From: Glaucostegus cemiculus
Taxonomy: Eukaryota
NCBI GenBank assembly: GCA_976551045.1
Contig: CDPCPM010000037.1
Coordinates: 34,224,001 to 34,288,000 of the forward strand
Direction of reading: 5' to 3'
DNA length: 64,000 nt
The translations under genes and the position numbers were made by a program. The notes beneath the pieces are model-generated. The model worked only from the letters and a program-made list of their open reading frames with translations. It was not told where the DNA came from and did no database searches. Of this stretch, positions 50,620 to 63,451 are shown in pieces. The stretch's first letter is position 1. Every line of letters begins with the position of its first letter.

Positions 50620-50812
50620 CAGTAAAACAAAACAGAAAATGCAGGAAACATTCAGCAGGTCAGGTGGAATTAGAGCATTGAAGAGTCTTCAAACTGAAAC
50701 ATTAACTCTGTTTCTCTTTCCACAGGTGCTGCCTGACCTGTTGAATGTCTTCAGTATTTCCTATTTATATTTTAGATGTCCATCACCTGCAGTTTTATTT
50801 TCATCTGCAGTT
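50620..50812. mobile_element. Penelope-derived fold-back mini-element
   Basis: ACATTCAGCAGGTCAGG (50648-50664) / CCTGACCTGTTGAATGT (50732-50748), 16/17 inverted match. Internal TGAAGAGTCTTCAAACTGAAACATTAACT. Confidence 0.7.
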
Positions 50813-51028
50813 GCAGGCATGATTGGGTCACAGAATGTGTTGGCCAGAAAGGAGTATGCAACGTACATAATTCATTGTAATGTGGCTTCTTAGCAGTTGA
50901 ACTTGCAACTTGAAATACTGTATACTAAGCCCAAGCACTGCAGCTAATACATTTCCAATTACACTATTGATCTGTGTAACACAGAGTACTAGTTACTGAT
51001 TCTTTTTACTTTTTATATTTTGTTGCAG

Positions 51029-51078
51029 GATATAAAGAAACCCTTTGAAAAAGCTTGGAAAGATTATGAAGGCAAATT
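51029..51078 (+). CDS. ASAP1-like: ASAP-family coding exon 5 (DIKKPFEKAWKDYEGK +2 nt)
   Basis: ttttgttgcag| acceptor and TT|gtaagt donor. 50 nt. Matches ASAP DLKKPFDKAWKDYETK. Confidence 0.96.
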
Positions 51079-52737
51079 GTAAGTATAAAAAATTTCATTT
51101 GATACACTATAAGTGTAGTGATGTATTTTCTTCTTTCTTCCTGGTTGCTTTGTGATAGCTACTACCAAAGATCATAGAATCTCACAGCACAAGCTTTATA
51201 GTCTATTCTGCCTATAGTGTCTCTTTGAAAGAGCTATCCAATTAGTCTTACTCACCTTTTCTCATATAGCTGCATAAATTTGTTTTGCTAATTATATTTC
51301 CAGTTATGCTTTGAAGTAGCCATTGAATCTACTTCCACCACAATTTGAGGCAATGCATTGGAGATGACTTCTTTAAAAGAAGATCACTAATTAACTAAAC
51401 AATAATGACATTTGGATAAACTTTGCCTTGAATTCAGTTTTGAAGAATTCTGCTGCTCATTTGCTGAACTTGCCTCACCTCTAACCTACCGCCACCCATT
51501 CTGCCTGCCCCTCCTTCCCTGACACTCTCCTCCCCTGCAGAAACCATTGAGCAATGCATATAAACTGAAGATTTTTAAGGAATTCTTCCCCCTTATTATG
51601 AGTAAAAAAGACTTGGATTTATGTTCATGTCTAGACTTTCCGATATGAAAGCATAATTTAACCATTTGCATAAATCTGACCAATTGTGTTATTAGCAGGA
51701 TTTCTGCATAATGTTGTTGGCAATGCATTTCAAACTGGATTGTGTAGTGGTATTGAGGGTTTATGTATCATATCAGAAATATATGACTCAAAATCGAAAG
51801 GTGCTTGTTTAGATATGTTTAAAAAAAAAATCAGTTTGTGGTAGGCCAACACTGAGTTTGAAGGGCTGACCCAGTTAATTCAGTAGTGCATGAAGCCTGA
51901 GCCACCTTGCAGTACTGAATAAATCTTACAGTGTACAGATTTAGTCAGCATGTTCATGGGTAAGCTGGGGAAGACAGTATCAGTCATATGCACCAAGGAC
52001 AGTGAAAACCTTTGTTTTGCATGCCATCCATACAGGTCATTTCCTCACATCAGCGCACTGAGGTAGCACAAGGGAAAAACAATAACAGAATGCAGAATAA
52101 AGTGTTATAGTTATAGAGAACGTGCAGTGCAGGGAGATAATAAGGTGCAAGGCCAAATACAAGATAGATTGTGAGGACTCACTAAGTTCTTCCAGCAGTT
52201 TGTTTTTTGCTCGAGATTCAAACATCTGCAATCTCTTGTGTCTTCACAAGTGGGTTTCTCAGTTCTGGGCTTCTCAGCTCTGCTTAGGAAGACCCCATCT
52301 AAATCACACAGCTGCAGAGCAAGCAATATTATGAAAACCTGTTTGAATTGTTAGTGCCTAGCAACCAGCAACTTAGATCAAGTTGACCTAATTTCTCAGA
52401 GTAATACCATTACATTTGAAACAACATTATTATGTTTCCATCCCACGCAGAAAAATGCTTGTCTGTAAAAGTTTGACTCATGACAGGAAGTGCCTGGATG
52501 AATTTCTATAGATTCTACCTGGAAAATAATGTAATCATATTGTACTTTGTGAACATCTATTTTCAAACTTATAGTGCTGCAGAAATGGGGGCTGGAATTT
52601 CCAGGCACAAAACTGAATGCAGTACTCTAGATGCAGTCTCACAAAGCCTTAGAATTACTTGTTACTGGATAATTACATCTGATTAGTCTGGTCTCAATGA
52701 TCAGTAAAATGGTGGAAGGTTTTATCGACAGTGCCAT

Positions 52738-53405
52738 GAGTGTCCTTCTACAGGGGGACCATTGAGAGCATCCTAACTCAATGTATCACTGTTTGGTTTG
52801 GAAGCTGCTCAGCTGCTGGGCGGAAGTCCCTCCAGAAGATAGTTAGGGCTGCGGAGTGGATCATAGGTGTCTCGCTTCCATCCCTCGCAGACATATACAA
52901 AGACCGTTGTGTGAGGAAGACAAAAAGCATAATGGCCGACCCTTCTCATCCCTCCCACCACCTCTTCACAATTTTGCCATCAGGGAGGAGGCTTAAATGT
53001 ATCAGGGCAAGAACGTCCAGGCTGAACAATAGTTTCTTTCTGCAAGCCATCAGAACTGCGAACTCACTCATCCCTCCATCTTCCTTTGTTAACACTAAGA
53101 GATGCTAGGTGTACAGAAATGCACCAGCACTTTAAATGCCGACACCAGCCCGTTCACTTTAAGATCTATTTATTTATTTACTGGCCACTTTTAATTTAAT
53201 CTGCGTAATAATTCAATTTCAATCTCAATAGCTTCTAATGTGTAATGTTCTGTACTGTGTATTCTGCCAAGTGTGTATGTGTCTCTCGGTTGGTTGTTAT
53301 GTTATTCTTTTTTTATGGGACGAGCACCTGAGGAGGACGGTATCTCGCTCCTATGCATACCATGTATGTGTATGGTTGTGACAATAAAACTGATTCTGAC
53401 TCTGA
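52738..53405 (+). mobile_element. 5'-truncated Rex1/Babar LINE with an intact C-terminal ORF (DUF1891-like region) and 3'UTR
   Basis: ORF 52740-53108 FYRGTIESILTQCITVWFGSCS...DPSHPSHHLFTILPSGRRL...TSRLNNSFFLQAIR. Tail gtgacaataaaactgattctgactctga. Confidence 0.9.
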
Positions 53406-53409
53406 GACA

Positions 53410-54010
53410 CTTTGTCGTCAACAAACTCCTCAACTGAGCTCATTTTAGATCTCCTCATCACAGCCTTGGTCCAAATGTGGACAAAAGAACTGAATTCCAG
53501 AAATGTGGGAGCAACTACCCTTGACATCAAGCAGGATTTGATGGTGATCCATTTGAAATCAGTTCAGTGGTTGGAGTCATACCTTGCATGGATGATTGTT
53601 AATCATCTCAGCTCCAGACCATTGCTGCAGAAGCTCATGGGGTAGTGTCCCAGGCCCAATCACCTTCAGCCACTTCATCAATGATTTTCCATCCATCATA
53701 AATTTAAAACTGAGGATGTTCATTGATTGCACAATGTTCAATTCCATTCACAGCTCCTGAACAAATGAAGCTGTCCATGACTGCATGCAGCTAAACCTAG
53801 ACATTAAAAGAAATCAGCCTGATTAATGGCACCCCCTCCAACACCCTAAATATTCATTCCCTTCATCATCACACTGCAGGTGCAGTGTGTGCCATCAGTA
53901 AAATGCACTAAAGTTATTCACTGAAACTATTCTGTCAGCACCTTCTAAACCTTGACCTCCAGCACCAAGATGGTCAAGAACTAAAGTCTCATGGAACTAC
54001 TACCACTTGT
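53410..54010 (+). mobile_element. Old LINE fragment (CR1/L2 superfamily)
   Basis: DLLITALVQMWTKELNSR...LDIKQ; ggtagtgtcccaggcccaatcaccttcagccacttcatcaatgat (GSVLGP..F...IND); atgttcattgattgc (degenerate FADD). Confidence 0.7.
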
Positions 54011-54070
54011 GAGTGAACTTCTAAAAAGAAGATAAGTTTGGCATTTGAATGCATTCTTTTTTCTTGACAG

Positions 54071-54200
54071 TACTAAAATTGAAAAAGAAAAAAGAGAACT
54101 TGCAAAGCAGTATGGAATGGTACGAATTGAGGTGACTGGAGGTGAAATAGCAGAGGAAATGGAAAAAGAACGGAGGATGTTTCAGCTACAGATGTGTGAG
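54071..54200 (+). CDS. ASAP1-like: ASAP-family coding exon 6 (TKIEKEKRELAKQYGMVRIEVTGGEIAEEMEKERRMFQLQMCE)
   Basis: ttttttcttgacag| acceptor and GAG|gttagt donor. 130 nt. Carries the highly conserved EIAEEMEKERR.FQLQMCE. Confidence 0.97.
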
Positions 54201-54474
54201 GTTAGTTAGAATTTCCGGTGCAGCTGCTTTCCATAATCCTCCTTCAGGTACTTTGTTAATAAATTTTAGAAAAAGGTTGTTGATTTATCATGTCAATGAT
54301 TACTTCTTGATGCATTTGTAATCATCAAGGTAAAGGACTCTGTTTTGGGAAATTGAACAATCTGACAGTTTTTCCCCGCTAGTGTTCATTAAGCACTCTT
54401 GGGTCTGCCATACCACTGGGCAAGCTAAAGGCTTTTTATGCCTCTGTTCTAATATTGCAGTCGTCAATCCATCC

Positions 54475-54750
54475 ATCACTCTCACCATCCGGGGCATGCG
54501 CTCTTCTCATGACTACCATCGGGGAGGAGGTACAGGAGCCTGAAATCAGTGATCTAGGAACAGCTTCTTTCTCCCCCTGCCATCAGATTTCTGAACTGAT
54601 GAACACTACTTTGTTATTCTGTTTTCTTTCGGCATTATTTATTTATTTTTAAATTTATAGTAATTTTATGTCTTTGCGCTTTACTGCTGCCGCAAACAAC
54701 AAATTTCACGACATACAAGTTAGTGACAATAAACCTGATTCTAATCTGAA
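54475..54750 (+). mobile_element. Rex1/Babar 3' fragment
   Basis: caccatccggggcatgcgctcttctcatgactaccatcggggaggaggtacaggagcctgaa (HHPGHALFS.LPSGRRYRSL) and tail gtgacaataaacctgattct. Confidence 0.8.
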
Positions 54751-57312
54751 TCAATGTCAGTTTCTTCTGCACCAATGTGACAGTTCTATGTTGTATCAGC
54801 AAATACAAAATGGAGAAAATGTTTTGTACATAAAATGGGAAACGTAATTCGTAATAAAAGTATAATTTTGTTCACTAGTGATTTTTGTTATGTAATCCCA
54901 CAACTGTTTGTAATTTACTGTAATTTAGCAGTTGAAGGCCCACATTTTAGTACTGGTTAAGAAGAATTAGAATAAACAAGATAATGCTAATTTTGGGAAT
55001 GTGAATAACTGAAGTAAAGTATCTCTAGTTGCTGCTAACGATTCAGAGAAAGTGACATTGAAATGGAAAGCTCACCTGCTATTTGCTGTGTTTAGATTAA
55101 GGCAGTGCTCAAGTAAGAAATCACTAACAGCATGTTGCTGATGTCAGAGTCATCATTTTGCCTTTACAATCAAAATGTGATTCCTAGGAGATTCACTTCA
55201 GCCAGTTCAACATCATCTTGATCTTTATGGAACTTTTCCTGATGAATTGTCTTTGAAATCTGTCAGCCATTCATTCAGAATACATAGAGGATGGAACAGC
55301 ACAGTACAGGCCCTTTGGCCCACAATGTTGTGCTGAACTATATATTAATAATCACTATCCGAAGTTACTTTTTCCAGACACAATATTATTTAAATTGTCC
55401 CTTCTGACATATTATGTGATATCAATTCTAGAACCACTTTTCAAATTAAAAGGGGATTCTTGATTTTTTTTCCCACTCTTTGATTCATGATCTTATAGAA
55501 CAGCTTTGTGTTTTATGACTAATGGCTCAAAATTTGGCAAAATAATAACAGTGAGTTTTGTAGCAACCATTGATTTTAATGCAGAAGCAGTTTGTGGTGA
55601 GGAAGTAAAGAGCACATCATCAAAAATTGCTAGACTATTTGTGCTGTTCACTGTTCATGTCACAAAAGCTGATCTTACTGCCTTAGTATGAGTTTCAAAA
55701 ATGTCCTGGTTGACATGATAAATATGAATATGACTTGCTGCAGAAAGTTGGGATTTGTATGCAATGACATATTGACCTTTTAATAACAAGATCTGTATTC
55801 CTGCAATGCCACTCAAATTTGGAAATCCTGAAAGGAACCAATTGGAATTATGAAGTCTCACTCCTGCAGGTAGTAAATTGTTCCTTGAGATTGCTTAAGT
55901 TTTACTATTTTATATCTTTTTGTACTTCTTATGTCTTTTGTTTTCTGTTTATTCATTCCTTATTTCTACTTTTGTACCCATTGACTCTAATTCACTATGT
56001 TTCTCATCATTCCTCTGCTGCTGCTGCTTCTGTTCTCAAATTTCATTGGTTATGGAGATGGAGTGTTCATGTGGTGTTCACCAAAATCCCAGATAATAGG
56101 CATACCATTAGTAGATTATACTTTAAAAAAAACATGGTGCAATGATCTTTCAAGCTGAAGAAAGAAAATATAATCCAGCTCAACAGACGCATGGTGAGAT
56201 CTCCCATTCCAGAAAACTCTGAAATATTGTGTTGATACAACATCATTTGTCTTTAAGGCTCGACCTGAACATCTGCATCAATATTTTCTTGTTTAGATAT
56301 TCAGCTGTTTGTATTGCCTGCGACTTACAATGTGCCTTGCTCAGCCAGTAATGCTAATTCCTCCGTGCCACTAATGTGCTTGTGTGCAGGAAATCCAATT
56401 ATTATTTGTGACGATGGTGACCCTGGCTGTTTTGATGAGTGCAGATTGAATTTGAATAGTGCAGATGTTTTTGGAACTGGTTGAAAGTTCTGTCTTGTGC
56501 CCAGTAGGTCCACATTTATCTGTAGACAGGAGAAATTAATGAAGCTGAAAGGATTTCATTGTGCCTTTTGAATTTTAATGTAATAATAAACATTTTACAA
56601 GATCACATTAATCGTTTTCTATTCTTTACGATCTCGTCAGGTTCTCGGAAGATCATTTCTGTTTCCATATGCATTGATCAAAAGCTGGACTTTTCTCTCC
56701 TTGATAATAACTTTTATTTATCCACTAGCTCGGTCTTCTGCTGATGACCAATTTTCCTTCACTGTTCTATCGTTATTGAAATTTTCCAGGAATCTTTGTG
56801 TGATAAATATAGCTTTTCACTGCCGGGTTTACTTTCCTGCCTGAAAATTTAATGATTCAGTGATCTGGCCTCCTTTCTCTCTATCTCCACAAGTCATTTT
56901 CATCTATGTGACTATTGATATCAAATTGTTTTTGATCTTTATCGAAATTTCTAATCACTTTGCTGCCAAAAACCACCTGGCATTTTTTGTAAAATTGGAT
57001 TTTCTAAACAATTGGATTTTCTGGCCTATTACAAAATACAAATGCAATGTAGATGTGCTGCAATGTGATTTGGGCTTCTTGGTTATAGTTACATAGTGAG
57101 AATTTTGGGCAGGTACTTTCCCCTAAAAATCAAAAAGTGCTATTCAGCCTACAACATCAATTGAATTTGTGGAAAGAATGTTAGTGTTTGTGGAGTTCCT
57201 TTAAAACACTTGTCTTGTACGAACCCTAAAACACAGCCACCAAAAAAAGTCATATATTTTTTGAAGGAAGGAAGGAAGTGCAATTGATGCTTTTTTTTTG
57301 GTTTATCTTTAG

Positions 57313-57398
57313 TATCTGATAAAAGTGAATGAAATAAAGACGAAAAAAGGAGTGGACTTACTGCAGAACTTCACCAACTATTGCCATGCACAGTTTAT
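57313..57398 (+). CDS. ASAP1-like: ASAP-family coding exon 7 (YLIKVNEIKTKKGVDLLQNFTNYCHAQF +2 nt)
   Basis: tttatctttag| acceptor and AT|gtaaga donor. 86 nt. YLIKVNEIKTKKGVDLLQN matches ASAP1 as recalled. Confidence 0.97.
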
Positions 57399-59761
57399 GT
57401 AAGAATCATCTGTTTTTATTTTCATAATGTTATCCTTTTCATAGGTACACTTCTGGACTGATTTAATTGTAAGTTTAGGCCATTACTGAAATTGGAGATG
57501 GATATGTGGGTCATACCTGAGACAAATCTGAGTTCCTGGTGGGCATGGACTAGTGCCACAAAGCTTACTCTATTTCAGCCCTAGTTACCAATGTCATCAA
57601 GGCAGGCCCAAGGAAAAGAAAAGGAAAATTGCTGCACCGCATTTTGTGAGTTTGGTAGAGGAGTTCATGGGTGCTTGTTCTGGGCTGAGAATTGAGGCTT
57701 ATTGTTGCACCACAGTGCAGCGAAACTTGCAGTTGGAAAGTGTATGCTGACACAGTGTAACTAAAATAACCTGTACTCCTTGTCCATTTCTGTGGATTTA
57801 AATGAATGCCACTGTCAACAAAGCAAGTGATTCAAGATTGTTCAATAGGAAATAAGTGAGGTATCTTGGGAAGTGCTTTAGGATTTAAATGATTCAAATG
57901 AGGTTGATAACATTGCTGATGACTTTCATTGATGTTAAAGTTTACACATGAGTTGTATGTAGCATTCTCTCTTTCCATTCAAAATAAATGGTACATGTGC
58001 ACACAAATGTATTTGTCACCATTTGGGGGAATAAACAAGCAATCTTGTTCAGCTGTAGTGGCCCTGGTAAAGCAATATGGTATTGCAAAATTACCACTTG
58101 GACAAAGACTTGGTCAAGAGGTAGAAGGGATTAGTTAGTTAGGTGTTATTAGCTTAATTAGTTTGGCAGAACATAGTGGGCTGAAGGGCCTGTTCCTGTG
58201 CTGTACCGTTCTGTGTTCTCAGTGCTAGAGGTGACATTGGTCCACCATTAACGGTGTTATATTAGATTGTTAAGGTTGGCTAGCGCAGCGTGCTGGCCCT
58301 AATTAAGCAGGATAAAAATGAATAGGACATCTTTGTATTATCTGAAAGATTTTGTACAACCTGTTGAAACAAGTACAAATTTAAATTGGGTCTTTTAAAT
58401 TAAAGTGATTTCAGCGGGTAAAAACATGAAATTGGATGGTCTGTGGTTTGCCTAGTTCACAGTTCATTTTATTCTCCTAAGTGATATCTGTGAGGCAGAG
58501 CTCTCAAGGGCCTACTGCCAAAGCTAAATCTCATTAGATATGACTGATGGTTTAGAGCTAGGTCTGTAATATTGTCAACCTGATTCTGTGCCAAGATATT
58601 ATACATACTAATCTGCAGCTGGAAGCTGCTGAAAGGAATGCAAGGCAGAGAGATCTAAATTTCATTGTCTATTCCAATGTCTCTTTCTTGCTACTACAAA
58701 TGCTGTTGATATTAGAGCATCCATTAAATTTTACTGTTGAAAGAGAGCAGACTGTCGATATGCCTGGAAACCAACATTTTTGTTGTGTTAAGTAAGAGGT
58801 ATACTTTGCCCCATTGTCAAATCAGAGGTCACTAAAATTTAAGTTGCTTTAAGAAATTGTTATTGAGGTTTCCTCCCTTTAACCATTAAAACTGAACCTG
58901 CAAGATTAAGCAGGCACTTGTACATCATTTGCACGTTGACTCATGGAAAATGAATAGTGCTATTAAGATACTCTGTCCAGGACAACCTCTGGCTGAGGGG
59001 AAAGTGGCAGTACTGGGGGGTTTTGGAATTCACGGAATGGTAACAACAGTAGGTGGAGATGGTGAAATCCCTCACCAATTTAATCTGTGTTATGGGTTGC
59101 ACAAGCCACTGTGATGGTAGCAACATTAAGGGCTTATGGATTAAGGCATTTATGCACACATGTTTTTAACTATCCTCAGAGCTAATGGCTATAAAATTTT
59201 TAATATCTTAAAATGACTGGTGGGGATTTAGAAAATATAGAACTATGTTCCAATGACACACTAAATCATTTGTGATTCACTGAATTTGGTGTGAGATATT
59301 CCTTGTTTTATTATAAATGAAGGTTATTAATTGCGGGCATTTGTTCCAATTATTTTTGGTAGGTAATTAACCAGTGCCATGAGCATTGATAACATTATTA
59401 TGTACACATTATCTATTAAATATGCTGAACATACCAAATAAGTTTAAAATAATCGTGTGTACATAATGAAGTTAATTGAAGAAATATAAATTCTTAACGT
59501 TAAATATAATAAGGTAGTAATTTGTCCTCATCCTGGATGTATTGTGGATTGTTCATATTGAAGACGCTTTGAAAATTTTGTTCCATGACTTCCTGTGCAG
59601 CTGTAATTATATGTTCAGCATATGCAACTGCGGACAGTTTTCTACCCAGGAAGTCTGCTACTGATGAAAATTGAAAGGAAGTGTGTTTATGTTGGACAGT
59701 CTAATGATATTGATCTAAAATGCAAAAATAATCATCATTATTTTACTGTACTTTGTTGTAG

Positions 59762-59837
59762 TTTCTTTCAAGAAGGTTTGAAAGCAGCTGAAAAGATTCG
59801 GCATTACATTGAAATGCTTGCAGCAGATTTACAGAAT
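59762..59837 (+). CDS. ASAP1-like: ASAP-family coding exon 8 (FFQEGLKAAEKIRHYIEMLAADLQN)
   Basis: ctttgttgtag| acceptor and AAT|gtgagt donor. 76 nt. Similar to ASAP1 FFQDGLKTADKLKQYIEKLAADLYN. Confidence 0.95.
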
Positions 59838-60789
59838 GTGAGTACAATACAGATTTTTCCAATTCACCTGAGGCCCTATATTACTTTGTGATCAGCCAGC
59901 TTTTATTTGTTTTGCAAGAAATTATAGTTTTGAATTGATTCCCATATAATTAGAGATGCTATTTTGCCTCGCATGGAATGAAAAACAGTATATTAAGTGA
60001 AGTCAGGAATAATCTTTTATAAAGAGAGAGAGTACAAGTGGGATGGTTGGTGACAAATAAAGGCCATTAATGTAAAGGGGTTAACGATGGATATGGTCCA
60101 GATATGTCTGCATCTGTCTTCACAGAAGAGGGGAAAGATGCAGACATTGTAGTTAAGGGGAGGATTGTGACAGATGTGAAAATTTGGAGAGTGGAAGTAT
60201 TAAAGGGTTTTCCATCTTTTAAAAAATAAATCATAAATCCCATATAAATTATATTATAGGCTTTAAGAAAATCAAAAATGGAAATGGTGGAGGCTTTGCC
60301 CATCATTTTGTGTGTTTGCGTATAATTACTTAAATAAGCAACGTGGTTAGAGAACATAGTGATGTCATCAAATATATATAGTAGCATCATGTGTAGGGAG
60401 TTCCTTGCTGTTAGAATAAATACCTTTGTTTGAAGGTCTAAGGTCATGCAACTGTTGTTGTAAATAGAACTTGCAATCAGAATCCCTGGCCCACCCTAGG
60501 ATATATTGCAATTGGTGGCGAGGATTGGCAAAGGTTAAAAAAAGAACCAAATAAAACTGAATAAATCAGCATCACATCTTCGAGAGCTGTATTCTTACCC
60601 TGTGCACTCTGAAAACATTACTAAAACAGCAGAAAATGTGCCTAGAATGTTCACTCTCCGACTATGGAATAATTTTGCATGGGTCAGATTAAAGGCAAAC
60701 ACAGAGAACAGCAGGCAGCGGTGTTTGCTTGCTAAGTAACCACACTCTACCTCATTCATGTACCCACTTCTTCCACTCCAGATATAATA

Positions 60790-62135
60790 GACCTAGCCTT
60801 TCCAGTCCCTCCTCCTAACTGAACTGCTCCATCCCAGAGGGCATCCTGGTGAATCTCCTTTCACCCTCTCCAGCACGATCACATCTTTCCTATAGTATGG
60901 GGACAGGAACTGCATTCTGTACTCCAGCTGAGGTCTGACCAATGTTTTATAAAATTGGAGCATAATCTTCCTGCTCTTGTATGCAATGCCCCGACTAATG
61001 AAGGCCGGTATCCCATATGCCTTCTTAACCACATTGTCATTGCCATCTTCACGGATCGTTGGACTTGTACACCAAGGTCTCTCAGTTCCTCAGTGCTCCC
61101 TAGGACCCTACCAATAGTGGTGTATGTCCCTTCCCCATTAATACTCTCGAAAGGCATCACCTCTCCTGTTTATCTGAATTTTTCTGGCATTTGGACAGGA
61201 ATAGGAGAGACATAGGGGGATATGGGCATAATGAAGGCAAATTAAATCAGCATTGTTAGGCATCACGGTTGGCATGGATGAGGTGGGCCAAAAGAGCCGG
61301 TACATTTCTATGATTCTATGACAAACTCCATCTGCCATTTCTGAGTCCATTTCACCAACACAACTATATTACCCTGTAGCCTAAGACTACCCTCCACACT
61401 ATCAACAAGTCCACCAATCTTTGTGTCATCTGCATCACGCACAGATTATCCATCTTGGGCCCTACTCTTTCCCTAGTTTTTCTTTTGCCATTTACTTGAA
61501 TCCTGTCTGCCAGTGATATTTTGGGATCCCTCCTTACCTTCCGAATTTCTTTGTTAAGTATCTCCTTACACTTTTTTTTTACTCTTGACAGGCCTCCCCC
61601 TTCTTTTGTTCTCTAGACCATTGTATCTGACCCCTGATATTCCTTGACATTTAGAGTTCCCAGTGCTTGTTGCCCTTGGCTTTCACCCTTGCAGGAACAT
61701 GATGGCCCTGAACTTCTGGTATTACTCCTTTGAATGCTTTCCACTGTGCTAATGTAGACTCACCTTCAAGTAGATACTTCTAGTTTACCTCTGCCAGGTC
61801 CTGTCTCATTTTAATGAAATTAGTCTTCTCCCAACTTAAGACCTTTTTTCCTGGTCCATCCTTTTTCTTCCATAACTGCTTTGAAACCTAAAGAATTAGG
61901 GTCACTTTCTCCAAAATGCTCCACTACTGATGCTCCCTCCACTTGACTGGCTTCATTCCCCAAGATAAGGTCCAGTGATGCCCCTTCCCATATTGATCTA
62001 TCCATGTACCATGTCAGAAAGCTCTCTGGGATGCACTGCAAAAATTCTGCCCCAACTGAGCCAGTTACACTAAGGTAATCTTAGTAATATTTGGGAAATT
62101 GAAATCCCTACTTTTATTACATCTCTCTTCTATTT
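60790..62135 (-). mobile_element. Degenerate CR1 LINE pieces, with a short + strand CR1 tail inserted at ~61180-61320
   Basis: VKKAYGIPAFISRGIAYKS...RPQLEYRMQFLSPYYRKDV and ASLDLILGNE...EHFGESDPN. Confidence 0.85.
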
Positions 62136-63364
62136 GCCTACATATTTGTTCCCTCTATGAACACTTGATATGCCTTAAGCAACGATAGAGGGAACAAATA
62201 CGTAGAATGGGAAAATGGAATTTATCCAAAATAGTTTTCTTTCAATAGCATGAACATGACGGACTGGATGGCCTTCTGTGCTATAAATTTCTATGGATAA
62301 TGTAATATATCCAGAAGAACTATAAATAACTTTCAAAGCTGCCCTCTTGAGATATGAGATTTTGATGGCCAGAATCATCTGCTGCGATAGTCCCAAGCAT
62401 GTGCTTAACACTTGATATATCCACATCTATCTTTTTAAGCTCTATTTGTGGTAGCTGACTCAACTGATTGTGTTTTCAATTATAGTGGGACAAAATATAC
62501 AAGCAATGCTTGAGCACATAATCCAATCTGACACTTGTCGACACAGTGCCAAGGAGATGTCGAATTGTCAGAGCTGCCATTTATCAGATAAGTCGTTAAA
62601 CCAAGGCCCCACTTGCTCAGATGAATCTAAAAGATAACAGTAATTAAAAAAAGGCTGGTATATCACTCAACTCTCCCTCAGTTAATATAAACAAAAAGAT
62701 ATTTTATGGTTATTCAGGATATTTTATTCATGCAGTTATTCTTTGTGGCATCTTGCTGTGCCCTACTGGACTATCCCATTTGTATTCATAACAGTGAATG
62801 TATTGTGTCCACACTTAAGAAAGATGTCAAGACTTGGAAGAGGGAACAAAAGATATTTACTAAAATATTATCAGAGTGACTGATTTCAATTATATAGCAA
62901 GATCAGAGTTACTATCCTTTGAGTGGACAAGGTTAAGAGGAGACTCAATGAAGGTGTTTAAAATCAGCAATAATTTTGACAGAGGAAAGAAGTAAAATTA
63001 CTTGTAATAACACTGAGCTTGGTAACCATAGGATACAGATTTCAGGTAATTGAACTGGAGCCAACGTTTGAAATGCACTACCTGAAAAGCTGGAGAAATT
63101 GTTGAAGGGTCTGAGGTCAGCATGTGTAAATTAATTTCCAGCAAGCTAGAAACTGAAGCACTGATAGGACACAAAGCACAACAAATGCAAGAAAGCCAAT
63201 TTTTATTGAGTTATTTTATCTTAGCTAAAGTCATTTAGTGTTGCTAAAGAATGAGCTTTGTTCAGGGAGGAACTATATGGAATTCCTTGTAAAATGTGTG
63301 GGATGTAAAGAACGACTTGCTGATGTGCAATTTTAATTAAAATATCTGCCTGTTGATGCTCTAG

Positions 63365-63451
63365 ATTAAACAGAACCAAGAAGAGGAAAAGAAGCAGCTA
63401 TGCAGTCTTCGAGATCAGCTCAAACCATCTTTACAATTAGACCACAAGGAG
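63365..63451 (+). CDS. ASAP1-like: ASAP-family coding exon 9 (IKQNQEEEKKQLCSLRDQLKPSLQLDHKE), end of BAR domain; gene continues past the window
   Basis: gctctag| acceptor and GAG|gttagt donor. 87 nt. Similar to ASAP1 IKQTQDEEKKQLTALRDLIKSSLQLDQKE. Confidence 0.95.

Noticed and set aside
59622-59891. 89-aa ORF as a separate gene
   Set aside because: Only 59762-59837 is coding (ASAP exon 8). The rest is intronic read-through.
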